From positions 1,760,001-1,824,000 of the forward strand of contig CAXXWQ010000003.1 in the NCBI GenBank assembly GCA_963674945.2: a stretch of DNA of 64,000 nucleotides, written 5' to 3'. Made by a program: the position numbers and the translations under genes. The DNA comes from an uncultured Desulfosarcina sp. Its GTDB lineage: Bacteria > Desulfobacterota > Desulfobacteria > Desulfobacterales > Desulfosarcinaceae. Numbering within the stretch: the first letter of the stretch is position 1; each line of letters starts with the position of its first letter. The notes under the pieces were generated by a model. It did no database searches and was not told the origin of the DNA. It saw only the letters and a list, made by a program, of their open reading frames with translations. Below are positions 38,990-49,432 of the stretch, in pieces.

Positions 38990-40446
38990 ATCTTTTCTTT
39001 CCCAAAAGAAGCCAACAAGGCTACCATCAATCGCCATACCTTCGCTATGGACGGTACATGAAGACGTTCCGCCGGTGAATGGGGATTTTCAATTGTGGGT
39101 CCAAGGGAGATCATGTCCATATTCGGGAAACGATTTCGGATCACCGCGCACTCAAGGCCTGCATGCATGATATGGGCAGTGGGCTCGGCATCGAACAGTT
39201 CCCGGTAAAGGCTGACGCAACGATCGAGCAGCATGGAGTTTCGGCTCCTGGGCCACGGGGGATAGCCGGTATCGGTAGTGACCGCAGCACCGGCAAGACG
39301 CCCCACCGCCTCCACCACCTGACAAATGGCATCGAGTCGGGAATTTGCCGAACTGCGCTGGCTGGAGGTGATCGTCAGTCCATTTGCACCCTTTTCCACC
39401 ATGGCCAAATTGACCGAGGTCTGCACCACGGAGGGGTCTTCCTCGGTCATTTCGACCAAACCACTGGGAAGCGCTTCCAGCAGATCCACGATCTTTTCCG
39501 TCTCCCTCTCTTCGATCCAAATGGTATCCGACGTCGAAACGCCCTTGTCCGTAAGTTCGATGGTCAATTCAGGGTCGGAGTTTCGGTACTCTTGCCGGAT
39601 CGTATCGGCAGCACGGCGCATGGCGGCTTTCAATTGTGGTGTGCTGTTCAAATGGCATGCAACGAGCCCTTTCCCGGTACGCGGTATCACATTCTGGGCG
39701 GTCCCCCCTTCCAAGTCAATGATTCCGAATGGCACTTCGTTCATACCGGCCCTTAAAATCCGGGCCAGTACCTTTATTGCATTGGCACGATGTTTGGCGA
39801 TGTCCACACCGCTGTGCCCGCCTTTTGCCCCTCCGACCGAAAGGGAAATGAGGCCAAACCCGTCGCCCATGGGTGAAGCGTTCACCGAAAGCGCCAACAG
39901 GGTCTTGCGCCCCCCGGCGCATCCGACGACAAACACGCCTTCATCCTCGGAATCGAGGTTAATCAGCAGGTTTCCGGTCAAAAAAGAGGCATCCATATTC
40001 TCCGCTCCGGTAAGGCCGGTCTCCTCTTCTGTGGTGAAAAACAATTCCAAAGGAGGATGGGACACCATTGGATCATCCACCAGGGCGAGGGACAAAGCGA
40101 TGGCAATCCCGTTGTCCGCCCCCAGTGTTGTTTCCTTAGCGATAAGCCATGGATCTTCATAAACCATGGAGATCGGATCCTTGGAAAAGTCGTGCCGGGA
40201 GTCAGTATGTTTTTCACATACCATGTCCATATGACCTTGAAGGATAATGACGGGCGTGGTGGCGAATCCGTCGGTCGCCGGGACGCGGACAACCAGATTG
40301 CCGGCCGGATCGGTTTTGGTCGTCAGGCTCCGATCCTTCGCCCAATCCATGATCCATTGTCGAATGCGCTGTTCCCTTCCGGAACATCGTGGAATCCGAT
40401 TGATCTGTTCAAAAATATCGAGAACGGTTCGACTATTCTTGTCCAT
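38977..40446 (-). CDS. pepD: Aminoacyl-histidine dipeptidase (M20)
   Basis: LQGHMDMVCEK, TTLGADNGI, EEETGL, INLDSE, GGHSG, HAGLEC, HSPAE. Confidence 0.93.
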   Translation of the reverse strand: MDKNSRTVLDIFEQINRIPRCSGREQRIRQWIMDWAKDRSLTTKTDPAGNLVVRVPATDGFATTPVIILQGHMDMVCEKHTDSRHDFSKDPISMVYEDPWLIAKETTLGADNGIAIALSLALVDDPMVSHPPLELFFTTEEETGLTGAENMDASFLTGNLLINLDSEDEGVFVVGCAGGRKTLLALSVNASPMGDGFGLISLSVGGAKGGHSGVDIAKHRANAIKVLARILRAGMNEVPFGIIDLEGGTAQNVIPRTGKGLVACHLNSTPQLKAAMRRAADTIRQEYRNSDPELTIELTDKGVSTSDTIWIEERETEKIVDLLEALPSGLVEMTEEDPSVVQTSVNLAMVEKGANGLTITSSQRSSANSRLDAICQVVEAVGRLAGAAVTTDTGYPPWPRSRNSMLLDRCVSLYRELFDAEPTAHIMHAGLECAVIRNRFPNMDMISLGPTIENPHSPAERLHVPSIAKVWRLMVALLASFGKEKMTVS

Positions 40447-40765
40447 CTATCCATTTCCGTGTATGGGACGGCCGTGACGCTTCATGATCGGTGTAAAGAT
40501 ATGGAGAAAATCGCCGATAAGAAGGTGTATTCGACAACATTCGCATTCGGACGCACCATGAGCACCAAATTGCTTCTTACCATCGCAATCTTGTTTTTTA
40601 TCTCCTGGCAAAAGACCACCGATGGTTTCCTTTTGTTCTGTGCCCTTTTTGCCTCGGGTCTTTTTGTCTGCGTCTTCCTGCACCGAATGGAAAACCCTCG
40701 TTCCATCGTCGACAAGGATGACGCGTAGTATCCTTTCACCCCGCTCGTCCGTTTCCTCGATCACA

Positions 40766-41566
40766 TTACGGGCGTTTTTCCAGCGTGTCTAATACAGCCT
40801 TGCACTGACCGGGCGCGCTAACCAATAGATGCTCTTCGATTCGCTCACCGTTTAAGTGTTCATTCAGGTAAAAACGCTCTCCACTTGTCTTATAGAGTCG
40901 CCCGCCGGCCGATTCGACGATCATTCGGGTGGCAGCCAGATCCTGGAATGATTCGTTGGCTGTGATGGCAGCATCCGCCCGCCCCATGGCCACGAAACAC
41001 AGATGCGCCCCTGTACAACCAAGATTTCTGACCTTACCGGGAAATCGCGAAAGATAATATTGGTGAAACCTCGAAAAAGTGAACAGAAGGCTTTCATCGT
41101 CGATGGTTCCGTCGGAGGGCATATGAATCCGTTTTTCCCCCCAATATGCGTCCCCACCTGCCCGTGCGTGAAACAGATCGCCGGTAGCCGGCATGTAATA
41201 GGCTCCAAACACCGGCCAGAAATTTTCTAAAAGCGCCAAAGACATACCCCAGATCGGAATTCCAGCCTGATAGTTGTCCACCCCATCGATGGGATCAAAA
41301 ATCCAAAGATATCGTCTGCTGTCGTGGGTGTAGTCGGTGTCGATTGTTCTGTTGGTAAATATCAAATGATCGGGATACCGGCTGTCCACTGCATCGCTGA
41401 ACCGCTCACTGATCTGAAGTTCCGCACGCGTCACCAGCCCTTCGTCGAATTTTACGGCCACCTTCCCCTTGCCGAAATGATCCATCGCCACTTTCCCGAC
41501 ACTTCGAATGGATTGGATGGCAAAGGTCACCAAGGTTTCGATACCATGGTTTGGATCCTGAGACAT
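40766..41566 (-). CDS. Inositol monophosphatase family protein
   Basis: WIFDPIDGVDNY, RNLG, VAMGRAD, DLAA...VESAGG. Confidence 0.85.
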   Translation of the reverse strand: MSQDPNHGIETLVTFAIQSIRSVGKVAMDHFGKGKVAVKFDEGLVTRAELQISERFSDAVDSRYPDHLIFTNRTIDTDYTHDSRRYLWIFDPIDGVDNYQAGIPIWGMSLALLENFWPVFGAYYMPATGDLFHARAGGDAYWGEKRIHMPSDGTIDDESLLFTFSRFHQYYLSRFPGKVRNLGCTGAHLCFVAMGRADAAITANESFQDLAATRMIVESAGGRLYKTSGERFYLNEHLNGERIEEHLLVSAPGQCKAVLDTLEKRP

Positions 41567-41615
41567 ACTACCTCCTGGTCGTCGGTTGTCGTTTTTTCAA
41601 TGTGGGGTCGAAACG

Positions 41616-41655
41616 AAAAGACCGGCTCATCCCGCACTGGGATGACCGGTCTTAC
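41616..41655 (-). terminator. Hairpin terminator, possibly bidirectional
   Basis: AAGACCGGCTCATCCC-GCACT-GGGATGACCGGTCTT, followed by T-rich sequence on both strands. Confidence 0.55.
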
Positions 41656-41777
41656 TTTATTCGGCGGATAAGGGACGCCTCGTAAAGCGAAACGATGATG
41701 AGTTCGGCAACGATTTCTACCCTACCGCAACAAAATTGGCAACGAAGGAATCATAATACTGATGAATGGCAGCCGAC

Positions 41778-41960
41778 CTATTTTTTTGACGATGAATATC
41801 CATCGGCGTACCACCCGCCACCTTTTAGTTCAAACGTACAGGTCGAAAGAATCTTCTTGGCTATTTTTTTACACTTGGGACACTCGATCTCCTTGGTATC
41901 CATCCGTACCAACTCTTCCGTAACATGTCCGCATTTGCACTCGAATTCGTAAACCGGCAT
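41778..41960 (-). CDS. FmdB-family zinc ribbon protein
   Basis: MPVYEFECKCG...CPKC...FELKGGGWYADGY. Confidence 0.9.
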   Translation of the reverse strand: MPVYEFECKCGHVTEELVRMDTKEIECPKCKKIAKKILSTCTFELKGGGWYADGYSSSKK

Positions 41961-42173
41961 TCCAATCTTCCTTTCTGGAAATAACAAATCTGAACGAAGA
42001 CAATTCCCCTATATCCTAACCGGGCCCGTCCAATTTTTCCCTACAGTAGTGCCAACACGCTGCCATGTCAACCCTGACAATTTGTGTGGGAAATGCGAGA
42101 CACGCCGCACATGGGCAGATTCGGCACAACATCCGCCGAATCTGCCACATCTGCAACACATAGAAGGCGAAGA

Positions 42174-43619
42174 TTATCGTTCGATGGTAACGACCAGGTA
42201 TCCGGCATTTCGACGTTTGATCAAGAACCGAAGGATCTTTTCGTCTTTGTTCTTACTAATTAGCTTTGCAAATTCTTTTCGATCCGTAACGGCTGTCCGG
42301 TTGATCTCCTTGATAATATCACCGGGGCGGATATCGGCCTTCTGGGCGTCACTTTCGTCGCTCACATCCGTAACCAGGACGCCGTCTTCCTTCCCGTCAA
42401 TGCCGAAACGTCGGGCAATATCCGAATCCAAATCCGTCACTTCAATGCCCAATTCATTGCTGCCTCTCTTTTCGGTGGCGACGATTTTTTCATCATCATC
42501 CCGTTTGGCCAAGGTTACCGTAACGGTTTTTCTCTTGCCATCTCGAATCAAAAGAATCTGGGTCTTGTGCCCCACGGGTGTATTGGCAATCATGGAAGAA
42601 AGTTCCCGCCCCGTAGAGACGCTTTTGTCGTCGACGGATAAAATAATGTCGTTGACCTGAATACCCGCCTTATCCGCCGGATCACCCTCGAAAACCTGGG
42701 TCACGAGGACGCCTTTTTCGACGCTAAGACCGTAATATTCAGCCAGTTCCGGCGTCAGGTCTTGGATTCCCACCCCTAACCAACCACGGGTGACCTCTCC
42801 TTTGTCCTTGAGTTGATCGATGATTCCCTTGGCAAGGTTGATGGGAATGGCAAAACCGATCCCCTGGCCACTGGCAATGATGGCGGTATTGATTCCCACC
42901 ACTTCACCATCCATGTTGAGAAGCGGTCCACCTGAATTTCCAGGGTTGATGGATGCGTCCGTCTGAATGAAATCATCGTAAGGACCCGAGCCGATGATTC
43001 TTCCTTTGGCACTGACGATACCGGCGGTAACGGTCTGTTCGAGTCCGAAGGGACTGCCAATGGCCACGACCCAGGTTCCCACCTTCAGTTTATCCGAATC
43101 GCCAATTTTCAGTGGGCGTATGTTTTCGGCACCCTTGATTTTGATCAAGGCCAGGTCCGTTTTGGGGTCACGCCCAATCAACTCGCCGTCAAACTCTTTG
43201 TCATCTGCAAGAATCACTTTTATTTGGTCGGCGTCTTCGATTACATGGTTATTGGTAACGATATACCCTTGTTCATCGATCAAAAATCCGGAGCCCAAAC
43301 TTCGCTGTTTGAAATCCCGCTGGGGACCGTTTCCTTGAAATGGACCAAAAAATTCGTCGAAGGGGTTTTGGTTCCCCCCAAACGGATTACCAAAAAAATG
43401 GCGGAAGACCGGACTGCCGCCTTTAATGATTTTCACCGTTCGAATGTTCACGACCCCCGGCTTTACCTCCTCGGCCAGTTCGGAAAAACTCTTTGGCGCC
43501 TCAAATGCATGTGAAATGCCGCCGGCAAACGGTATCCCACCTGCCATAAGGGTAACGGTAAAAACGATGATGGCTGCAAATATACCGCCACCACTTTTGT
43601 GAAACCTGAACATATGCAT
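42174..43619 (-). CDS. DegQ/HtrA serine endoprotease with two PDZ domains
   Basis: GSGF, TNNHV, DLAL, TDASINPGNSGG, GWLGVGIQ. Confidence 0.95.
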   Translation of the reverse strand: MHMFRFHKSGGGIFAAIIVFTVTLMAGGIPFAGGISHAFEAPKSFSELAEEVKPGVVNIRTVKIIKGGSPVFRHFFGNPFGGNQNPFDEFFGPFQGNGPQRDFKQRSLGSGFLIDEQGYIVTNNHVIEDADQIKVILADDKEFDGELIGRDPKTDLALIKIKGAENIRPLKIGDSDKLKVGTWVVAIGSPFGLEQTVTAGIVSAKGRIIGSGPYDDFIQTDASINPGNSGGPLLNMDGEVVGINTAIIASGQGIGFAIPINLAKGIIDQLKDKGEVTRGWLGVGIQDLTPELAEYYGLSVEKGVLVTQVFEGDPADKAGIQVNDIILSVDDKSVSTGRELSSMIANTPVGHKTQILLIRDGKRKTVTVTLAKRDDDEKIVATEKRGSNELGIEVTDLDSDIARRFGIDGKEDGVLVTDVSDESDAQKADIRPGDIIKEINRTAVTDRKEFAKLISKNKDEKILRFLIKRRNAGYLVVTIER

Positions 43620-43745
43620 CCTCCTTGAACTGATAAGTCATAATCACTCTAATCATTTTTCATTTTTGTCTACCATATATCCCTATTGTGACGGTAATAT
43701 TACACGAAAATTATCAAATGGTAATGTTCGAAACACGAACGGCGA

Positions 43746-46094
43746 TTAATTTTGCACGCCGATCAGAACATCAACAGACTCTCTGGCTAGTTGTTCCCGC
43801 ACCGCCATTCCGATCTGCTCCATTCGATACGGTTTTTTGATATATCTTCCAGCACCCAGTTTTTGCGCCTCGACGACCCGTTGGGATTCCGAGAAACCGC
43901 TTGTGATAATCGCCTTTTGTCCCGGAGCAATGGTCAAAATCTGTCGATAGGTCTCGAGGCCATCCATCTCCGGGGTCATGATCATATCCAGAATCAGGAT
44001 ATCCACGGCGTTCTTCCGTACGAATTCAACTGCCTCCATGCCGTTGGATACTGTCGAAACCTGGTAGTTCAAGCGCCTGAGCATGAATGCGGCCAAGTCA
44101 CACTGTTCTTTGATGTCATCGACGACGAGCACCTTCTCACCAGCACCCCGGTATTGGTCCAAGGGTATTTCTTCGATTTCTTTCTCAGCCTTCTGCCGCG
44201 TGATGGGAAAGAAAAGATCAAAAACAGTACCCTTTTCTTCGATACTTCGAACATCGATGAAGCCATGGTGGTCTTTCACGGTTCCCCACACCACAGCCAT
44301 TCCCAGACCGGTACCGCTTCTTCCCATCTTTTTTTTCGTGTAAAAGGGCTCAAATATCTTTTCCAGGTCCGAAGAGGGGATACCGATACCGGTGTCTGCC
44401 ACTCGTAATCGGACATATTCCCCCTCCGGTATCGTCTCGAAGCCCTGGATCGGACCGTCGAGGTAACGATTTTTCGTGCTTATGGTAACGGTTCCCCCAC
44501 CGGGCATGGCTTCGGCCGCGTTGGTCGCCAGATTCATGAGGGTCTTGCTCAAATGTATGGGAGAACCGACGATGTTAAACACGGATGACGTCAAATCAAT
44601 CGCAAAGGAAATATCCGGATGATTGGATTTGAGATTGGCAAGTTCCGGGCTATTGAGATAATCCTGAACGATCTGGTTCAATCCGACGATGTCTGTAACG
44701 GCTACCCCCCGGCGCGCCAGCGTAAGCATGTCCTGAACAATGGCGGCGGCTTTTTCACCGGATCGTTTTATGGTTTCGATGACGGTATATGTCTGGCTGC
44801 CTTCGGGTACGTCCATCAGCAGAAGTTCCGGATATCCCACCAAGCCGGAAAGAATATTGTTCAGGTCGTGCGCCACACCACCGGCAAGCGTTCCGATGGC
44901 CTCCATTTTTTCAGCCCGCTGAAGCCGGGCTTCCATCTGTTTCATGGCAGTAATGTCTTTCGCCACCTGAAGTTGCACCAGGCGGCCGTCCTCCCACGAG
45001 ATGGCGCGGGCATAAATAATATACCATCTGTCATTAATCGGGTTCTTCTCTTCCCAGGAATGGCCTTTCCCTGGATTTCCGTTTTCATCCAACAGCAGTT
45101 TCAGCTTACATGAACGGCAAGGGGTTGAGAACCCAAAAATCGCATCGTGACACTTTTTCCCCACGAGATACTCTCCGTAGGTCTCTTTCATATGATGATT
45201 TGCCAATAAAATTACACGGGTGTTGATATCTGTCACATAAATATCCGCATCGATGCTATCCAAAATGTGTGCAAGCTTTTCATGGCTGCTTCGAACTCTC
45301 GATTCGGCCTGCTTTCTTTCCAATATCTCTTTGTTCAGATCCCGGTTGATTCGCTGTAAGGCCGCCGTGCGTGCCTCCACCCGCTTTTCCAGATTTCGAT
45401 TAATGTCGTCGGTTTTTTTCTTCTCCTCTTCTAAAAGGTGGTTTAAAAAGAAGTTCTTTCGCTGTTGCTTTTCAATGGAATAGCAGATGATCATCCCCAA
45501 GACATTGATTCCAATAAGATGGGAACCCAGAATCAGCTGCACTACAGCTGAGGTCTCCCCGAGCAGAATTACGGCGACCTGGTAGCCGATAATGACAACA
45601 CTGCCGGCAATTGATGCGGTGAGAAAACGTGCGTGCACGAAGGTATAGCCGAAAAATATACAAAAAATTGTGCCAAGGCAGTAAAAATAGGATTCGGGGG
45701 CGGGAGTGATCATGACCATTACCACGTACGCCAAGCCGGTGACCATGATATACAGGGCATTGACCGGCTGCCAGATGTAACGGTACATCGGGGTGTAGGA
45801 GACAAATAGCCCAATGATGAAGACGGGACACACGACGACATATCGGATAAACCACAACTGCAATTTATGATTGGGAAACACCGCTGCATCGAGGATGCCG
45901 AAGATACTGAAAAAGAGAATGGCATATATTTTACAACGTCTTACATGCTCCAACGAATTCGAAAAAAAGGTATCTTGAAACGGTTTTTCCAGCGGCTTGT
46001 CGTTTCCCGAAAAGCCCAATGTAAAAGGATTGAGATGAACCCTCAACAGGCTGTACGGAATTGCCACATCGGCTTTATTTTTCGTTGGCGTCAT
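43746..46094 (-). CDS. Hybrid sensor kinase (6 TM-PAS-HisKA-HATPase-REC)
   Basis: Six TM helices, PAS, VAHDLNNIL, GTGLGMA, REC (VVDD, ILDMIM). Confidence 0.92.
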   Translation of the reverse strand: MTPTKNKADVAIPYSLLRVHLNPFTLGFSGNDKPLEKPFQDTFFSNSLEHVRRCKIYAILFFSIFGILDAAVFPNHKLQLWFIRYVVVCPVFIIGLFVSYTPMYRYIWQPVNALYIMVTGLAYVVMVMITPAPESYFYCLGTIFCIFFGYTFVHARFLTASIAGSVVIIGYQVAVILLGETSAVVQLILGSHLIGINVLGMIICYSIEKQQRKNFFLNHLLEEEKKKTDDINRNLEKRVEARTAALQRINRDLNKEILERKQAESRVRSSHEKLAHILDSIDADIYVTDINTRVILLANHHMKETYGEYLVGKKCHDAIFGFSTPCRSCKLKLLLDENGNPGKGHSWEEKNPINDRWYIIYARAISWEDGRLVQLQVAKDITAMKQMEARLQRAEKMEAIGTLAGGVAHDLNNILSGLVGYPELLLMDVPEGSQTYTVIETIKRSGEKAAAIVQDMLTLARRGVAVTDIVGLNQIVQDYLNSPELANLKSNHPDISFAIDLTSSVFNIVGSPIHLSKTLMNLATNAAEAMPGGGTVTISTKNRYLDGPIQGFETIPEGEYVRLRVADTGIGIPSSDLEKIFEPFYTKKKMGRSGTGLGMAVVWGTVKDHHGFIDVRSIEEKGTVFDLFFPITRQKAEKEIEEIPLDQYRGAGEKVLVVDDIKEQCDLAAFMLRRLNYQVSTVSNGMEAVEFVRKNAVDILILDMIMTPEMDGLETYRQILTIAPGQKAIITSGFSESQRVVEAQKLGAGRYIKKPYRMEQIGMAVREQLARESVDVLIGVQN

Positions 46095-46152
46095 GGCGCG
46101 TCTCTTACTTCATCCGAAATATCGAAGAGGTCCGAGAAGAGAGGATACAGAT

Positions 46153-47613
46153 TCAGAGGGTGTTTTCGGAATGATTTACCAATTCATCGCTGGATCGCAT
46201 GAGGGGCAATGTGAGGGTGAAAGTACTTCCTACTCCCGGCTTGCTTTCGACACGAAGCGTACCACCATGGGCATGAACCACGGATCTTACCAGACTCAAA
46301 CCGAGGCCTGAGCCCTCGGTCGCACGACTTTGGTCGCATCGAAAAAAACGGGTGAAAATTTTTGGTAGATCCTCGTCGCTGATACCGATACCGTTATCTG
46401 TGATCGATATATTAACTTTATGATCAAAATTATCACAATATGCACAAATGTCAATCTTTCCAGAAGCCGATGTATACTTGATGGCATTGTCGACGATGTT
46501 GGAAATAGCCCTTTGAAGAAGCTTGAGGTCTCCTCGAATGATTAACGGATCTGAAATGTTGCATTGAAATTGGATGCCCTTGTCTTCGGCCAGGGGTGCG
46601 AACAGTGCCACTGCGTTTTTCACCTCGGCAGCCAAGTTCACCGGTTCCATCGCAAGGTCCTGGACACCGGCATCGGTTTTTGAGATCATCAGCATGGTAT
46701 TGATCATCTCCAACAACCGATCACACTCTTCGATTGTCCTGCCCGCCAATGTCATATCTTCATCGGCATCTTCAGGCTCTACGGTGAGGCTGATTTCGGC
46801 CATTCCGCGGATCCGGGCCACCGGGCTTTTTAAATCATGTGCAATATTATCACCCATTTCACGAACACCGGCAACCAATTTTTCGATGCGGTCCAACATC
46901 TGATTGAACGTCACGGCCAACCGATCGATCTCTTCGTGCCGTGCCATGACCGGTACGCGCCGACTTAGGTCTGATTCGGAAATCTGGCGGGCGGTACGGG
47001 TCACCGCTTCGACACCGGAAAGTGCCCTCTTTGCCATAAACCAGCCGACGAGGCCGGCGGTTGCGATCAGGGCGATCATTGTAATGATAAAGATTTTTTT
47101 CAGGATGCGAATATAAGCGGAATCGTTTTCCATTGAGTAGCCCAGCTGCAACAGGACGCCTCTCCCGATTTTTCCATAGGCGATTCGAATCCGGTCCGGT
47201 CGCCCAGGAATGGAAAGGGTTTCGTACACTCGGGATCGGCCTTCCATCAACTGGCCGACTGCCTCGCGGTTCAGCCCGATCTCACGCCAATAGGACATGT
47301 TGGAAGATGAAAACGCAACGCCGCTGGCGTAAAGCAGACGGAAAAAAACCTTTTTCTCGCCGGCGGCCTGGGATTCCGTCAGCGCGGCGGTTTTCACCTC
47401 TTCTATTCCTTGAAGATTGTAGATCGCCTCGAATTCGGATATCTTTTCGGACAGGTGGTCGTCCAGACGCTGTCTCAAATCAGTAGTAATCAATACATAG
47501 AAAAAGACGAATGCCAGGCACGACAACAAGGAAAAGACGAGGCCATACCATAACGACAGTCGGAAAGAGAGTGTTCGTGAGAACCTACGCACCTTGTCGA
47601 AGGACATACCCAA
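46153..47613 (-). CDS. Sensor histidine kinase, CusS/heavy-metal-like (2 TM, HAMP)
   Basis: HAMP (EIDRLAVTFNQMLDRI), IAHDLKSP, NIVDNAIKY, GSGLGLS. Confidence 0.9.
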   Translation of the reverse strand: MGMSFDKVRRFSRTLSFRLSLWYGLVFSLLSCLAFVFFYVLITTDLRQRLDDHLSEKISEFEAIYNLQGIEEVKTAALTESQAAGEKKVFFRLLYASGVAFSSSNMSYWREIGLNREAVGQLMEGRSRVYETLSIPGRPDRIRIAYGKIGRGVLLQLGYSMENDSAYIRILKKIFIITMIALIATAGLVGWFMAKRALSGVEAVTRTARQISESDLSRRVPVMARHEEIDRLAVTFNQMLDRIEKLVAGVREMGDNIAHDLKSPVARIRGMAEISLTVEPEDADEDMTLAGRTIEECDRLLEMINTMLMISKTDAGVQDLAMEPVNLAAEVKNAVALFAPLAEDKGIQFQCNISDPLIIRGDLKLLQRAISNIVDNAIKYTSASGKIDICAYCDNFDHKVNISITDNGIGISDEDLPKIFTRFFRCDQSRATEGSGLGLSLVRSVVHAHGGTLRVESKPGVGSTFTLTLPLMRSSDELVNHSENTL

Positions 47614-48262
47614 CTCCGCGAACCGTATGGATCAGCTTCTTGTCAAATCCCTTGTCCACCTTGTCTCGAAGCCTGCAAATCCTGGCCTCTACAACGTTTG
47701 TCTGCGGATCGAAATGGTAATCCCAAACATGCTCCATGATCATCGTTTTGGATACCACCCGTTCCGCATTGCGCATCAGATACGCCAGCAAGGCGTATTC
47801 CAATGGCTGCAGATCGATCTTGGTTCCATCGCGGTGGACCTCTCGTGCCAGCATATCGATGGTCAAGCCGCCGTAGGAGAGACGGGTCGGTTCTTTTGCT
47901 CCGCTCGCCCTTCGGATCAACGCTTGAACACGTGCCAGCAATTCGGAAAAGGCAAAGGGTTTGCTTAGGTAATCGTCTCCGCCTGTATGAAGCCCCTTCA
48001 CGCGGTCATCGATGGAACCTTTCGCGCTGAGAATGATGACAGGCGTCATTATGTTTTCCCGGCGCATCCGGCCGATAATTGAAAAACCGTCAAGCCCCGG
48101 CAGCATGATATCCACGATGGCGGCATCGTATGGTTCGGCAAATGCCATGTCCAAGCCGCTTAGGCCATCGGCTGCGTGATCCACGGCAAACCCTTCCGCC
48201 TTAAAACCTTTTTTGATGAAGGAGGCGATCTTTTCATCGTCTTCAATTAACAATAATCGCAT
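47585..48262 (-). CDS. OmpR/CusR-family response regulator
   Basis: LLIEDD, DIMLP, GGDDYLSKPF, NVVEARICRLRDKVD, HTVRGVGY. Confidence 0.95.
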   Translation of the reverse strand: MRLLLIEDDEKIASFIKKGFKAEGFAVDHAADGLSGLDMAFAEPYDAAIVDIMLPGLDGFSIIGRMRRENIMTPVIILSAKGSIDDRVKGLHTGGDDYLSKPFAFSELLARVQALIRRASGAKEPTRLSYGGLTIDMLAREVHRDGTKIDLQPLEYALLAYLMRNAERVVSKTMIMEHVWDYHFDPQTNVVEARICRLRDKVDKGFDKKLIHTVRGVGYVLRQGA

Positions 48263-48426
48263 GGCTGTCGTATACCTTTTTGGATAGAGTCAGCTTGTAA
48301 AATAGGAAACATTTCCCTCGATATCAAGGCTTGCGATTTTTTCGAAAAAAGGTAAATAACGTCGTTGACGACCAGACAAGAAATCAGGCCGATTTTTTTC
48401 CCCCAAAGGCAGCACCGGAGGAGCCG

Positions 48427-49065
48427 ATGAAGCAGAATCTCAGCCTTACCTGGAAGGGGATCTTTTTTGAGTTATGTATGGCACGCGTCCAGCCGGGACA
48501 CAAAGATCTGCTCCAAGTGCATGTTACTGCTGCCGATGCCGATCATAAACAAATATGGTACGAAAATGCTCCATTTTTACAATCCCATTTCAATACAAAA
48601 AACTGGTGGGCCATCGATGACTTGGATCACGTAATGGGGCTGGTTTTCGAAGACCGATTGACCCTCGAAGAAAATTTGTCGTCAATCTCCTTTGCGATCG
48701 ACGGCCGTTCGGTTACCGTCGACCCCAAGGCGTTGCAGATGCATTTTTATGCGCCGGAGGCCCATCCCCCCTTGAAGGATGATGAGTGGATCCTTCGCCA
48801 TGGTACCAGTTGCCGGGCAGAACTTACCCTGAAAACGGAAATTAGGCCGCCTTTTGACCCTGAATTGCTGACGTTCTCTCTTATTCAATACCCGGATATG
48901 GGGTATGTGTTAATCGACCTCGATTACGACGGACACGATGAACTACAATTTACCTGGGGAGAAAAGACCTATCTACCACCCCGTATTACTGGAAAGGAAA
49001 ATCTTCATGGTACTTCAAACACAACTCAAGAAGGACCTGCAACTGGCCATGAAGGCCAAAGATGA
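48427..49065 (+). CDS. Hypothetical protein
   Basis: GGAGGAG SD before ATG 48427; protein-like composition; no motif recognised. Confidence 0.6.
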   Translation: MKQNLSLTWKGIFFELCMARVQPGHKDLLQVHVTAADADHKQIWYENAPFLQSHFNTKNWWAIDDLDHVMGLVFEDRLTLEENLSSISFAIDGRSVTVDPKALQMHFYAPEAHPPLKDDEWILRHGTSCRAELTLKTEIRPPFDPELLTFSLIQYPDMGYVLIDLDYDGHDELQFTWGEKTYLPPRITGKENLHGTSNTTQEGPATGHEGQR

Positions 49066-49411
49066 AGTAAAAAGGGATACACTTCGCGTTGTCATGGGGG
49101 AGATGGCACGGTCAGAGAAAAAGCAATTCACCGACGATGAAATCATTTCCATACTTAAAAAACTGATCAAATCGGAAAAGGAGATGCTGGAAAAAAGCGG
49201 CCAGGGAACGTCATCCGCTTTTATCGATATCATTTCGGCCTACTTGCCCGCATTGGCAACGGAAGACGAAATTCGCCACTGGATTTCCTCCAACGTCGAT
49301 TTCTCAAAATACAAAAACAAGATGCAGGCCATGGGACTCATCATGGGACATTTCAAAGCCTCTGCAGATGGCAGTATGGTTAAGAGAGTGTTGGAAGCGT
49401 ATAACCCGTAA
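49007..49411 (+). CDS. GatB/YqeY domain protein
   Basis: LKKDLQLAMKAKD..RDTLR, YLP, MGLIMG...ADG. Confidence 0.88.
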   Translation: MVLQTQLKKDLQLAMKAKDEVKRDTLRVVMGEMARSEKKQFTDDEIISILKKLIKSEKEMLEKSGQGTSSAFIDIISAYLPALATEDEIRHWISSNVDFSKYKNKMQAMGLIMGHFKASADGSMVKRVLEAYNP

Positions 49412-49432
49412 CATCGATTCCCGAAAAAGGAC

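Noticed and set aside
42040..42146. Sigma54 site upstream of the FmdB gene and a 12 bp hairpin after degQ
   Set aside because: The GG-N10-GC match is weak and overlaps a better TTGACA-N17-TACTGT; the hairpin lacks a U-tract and is probably an ordinary 3' stem.
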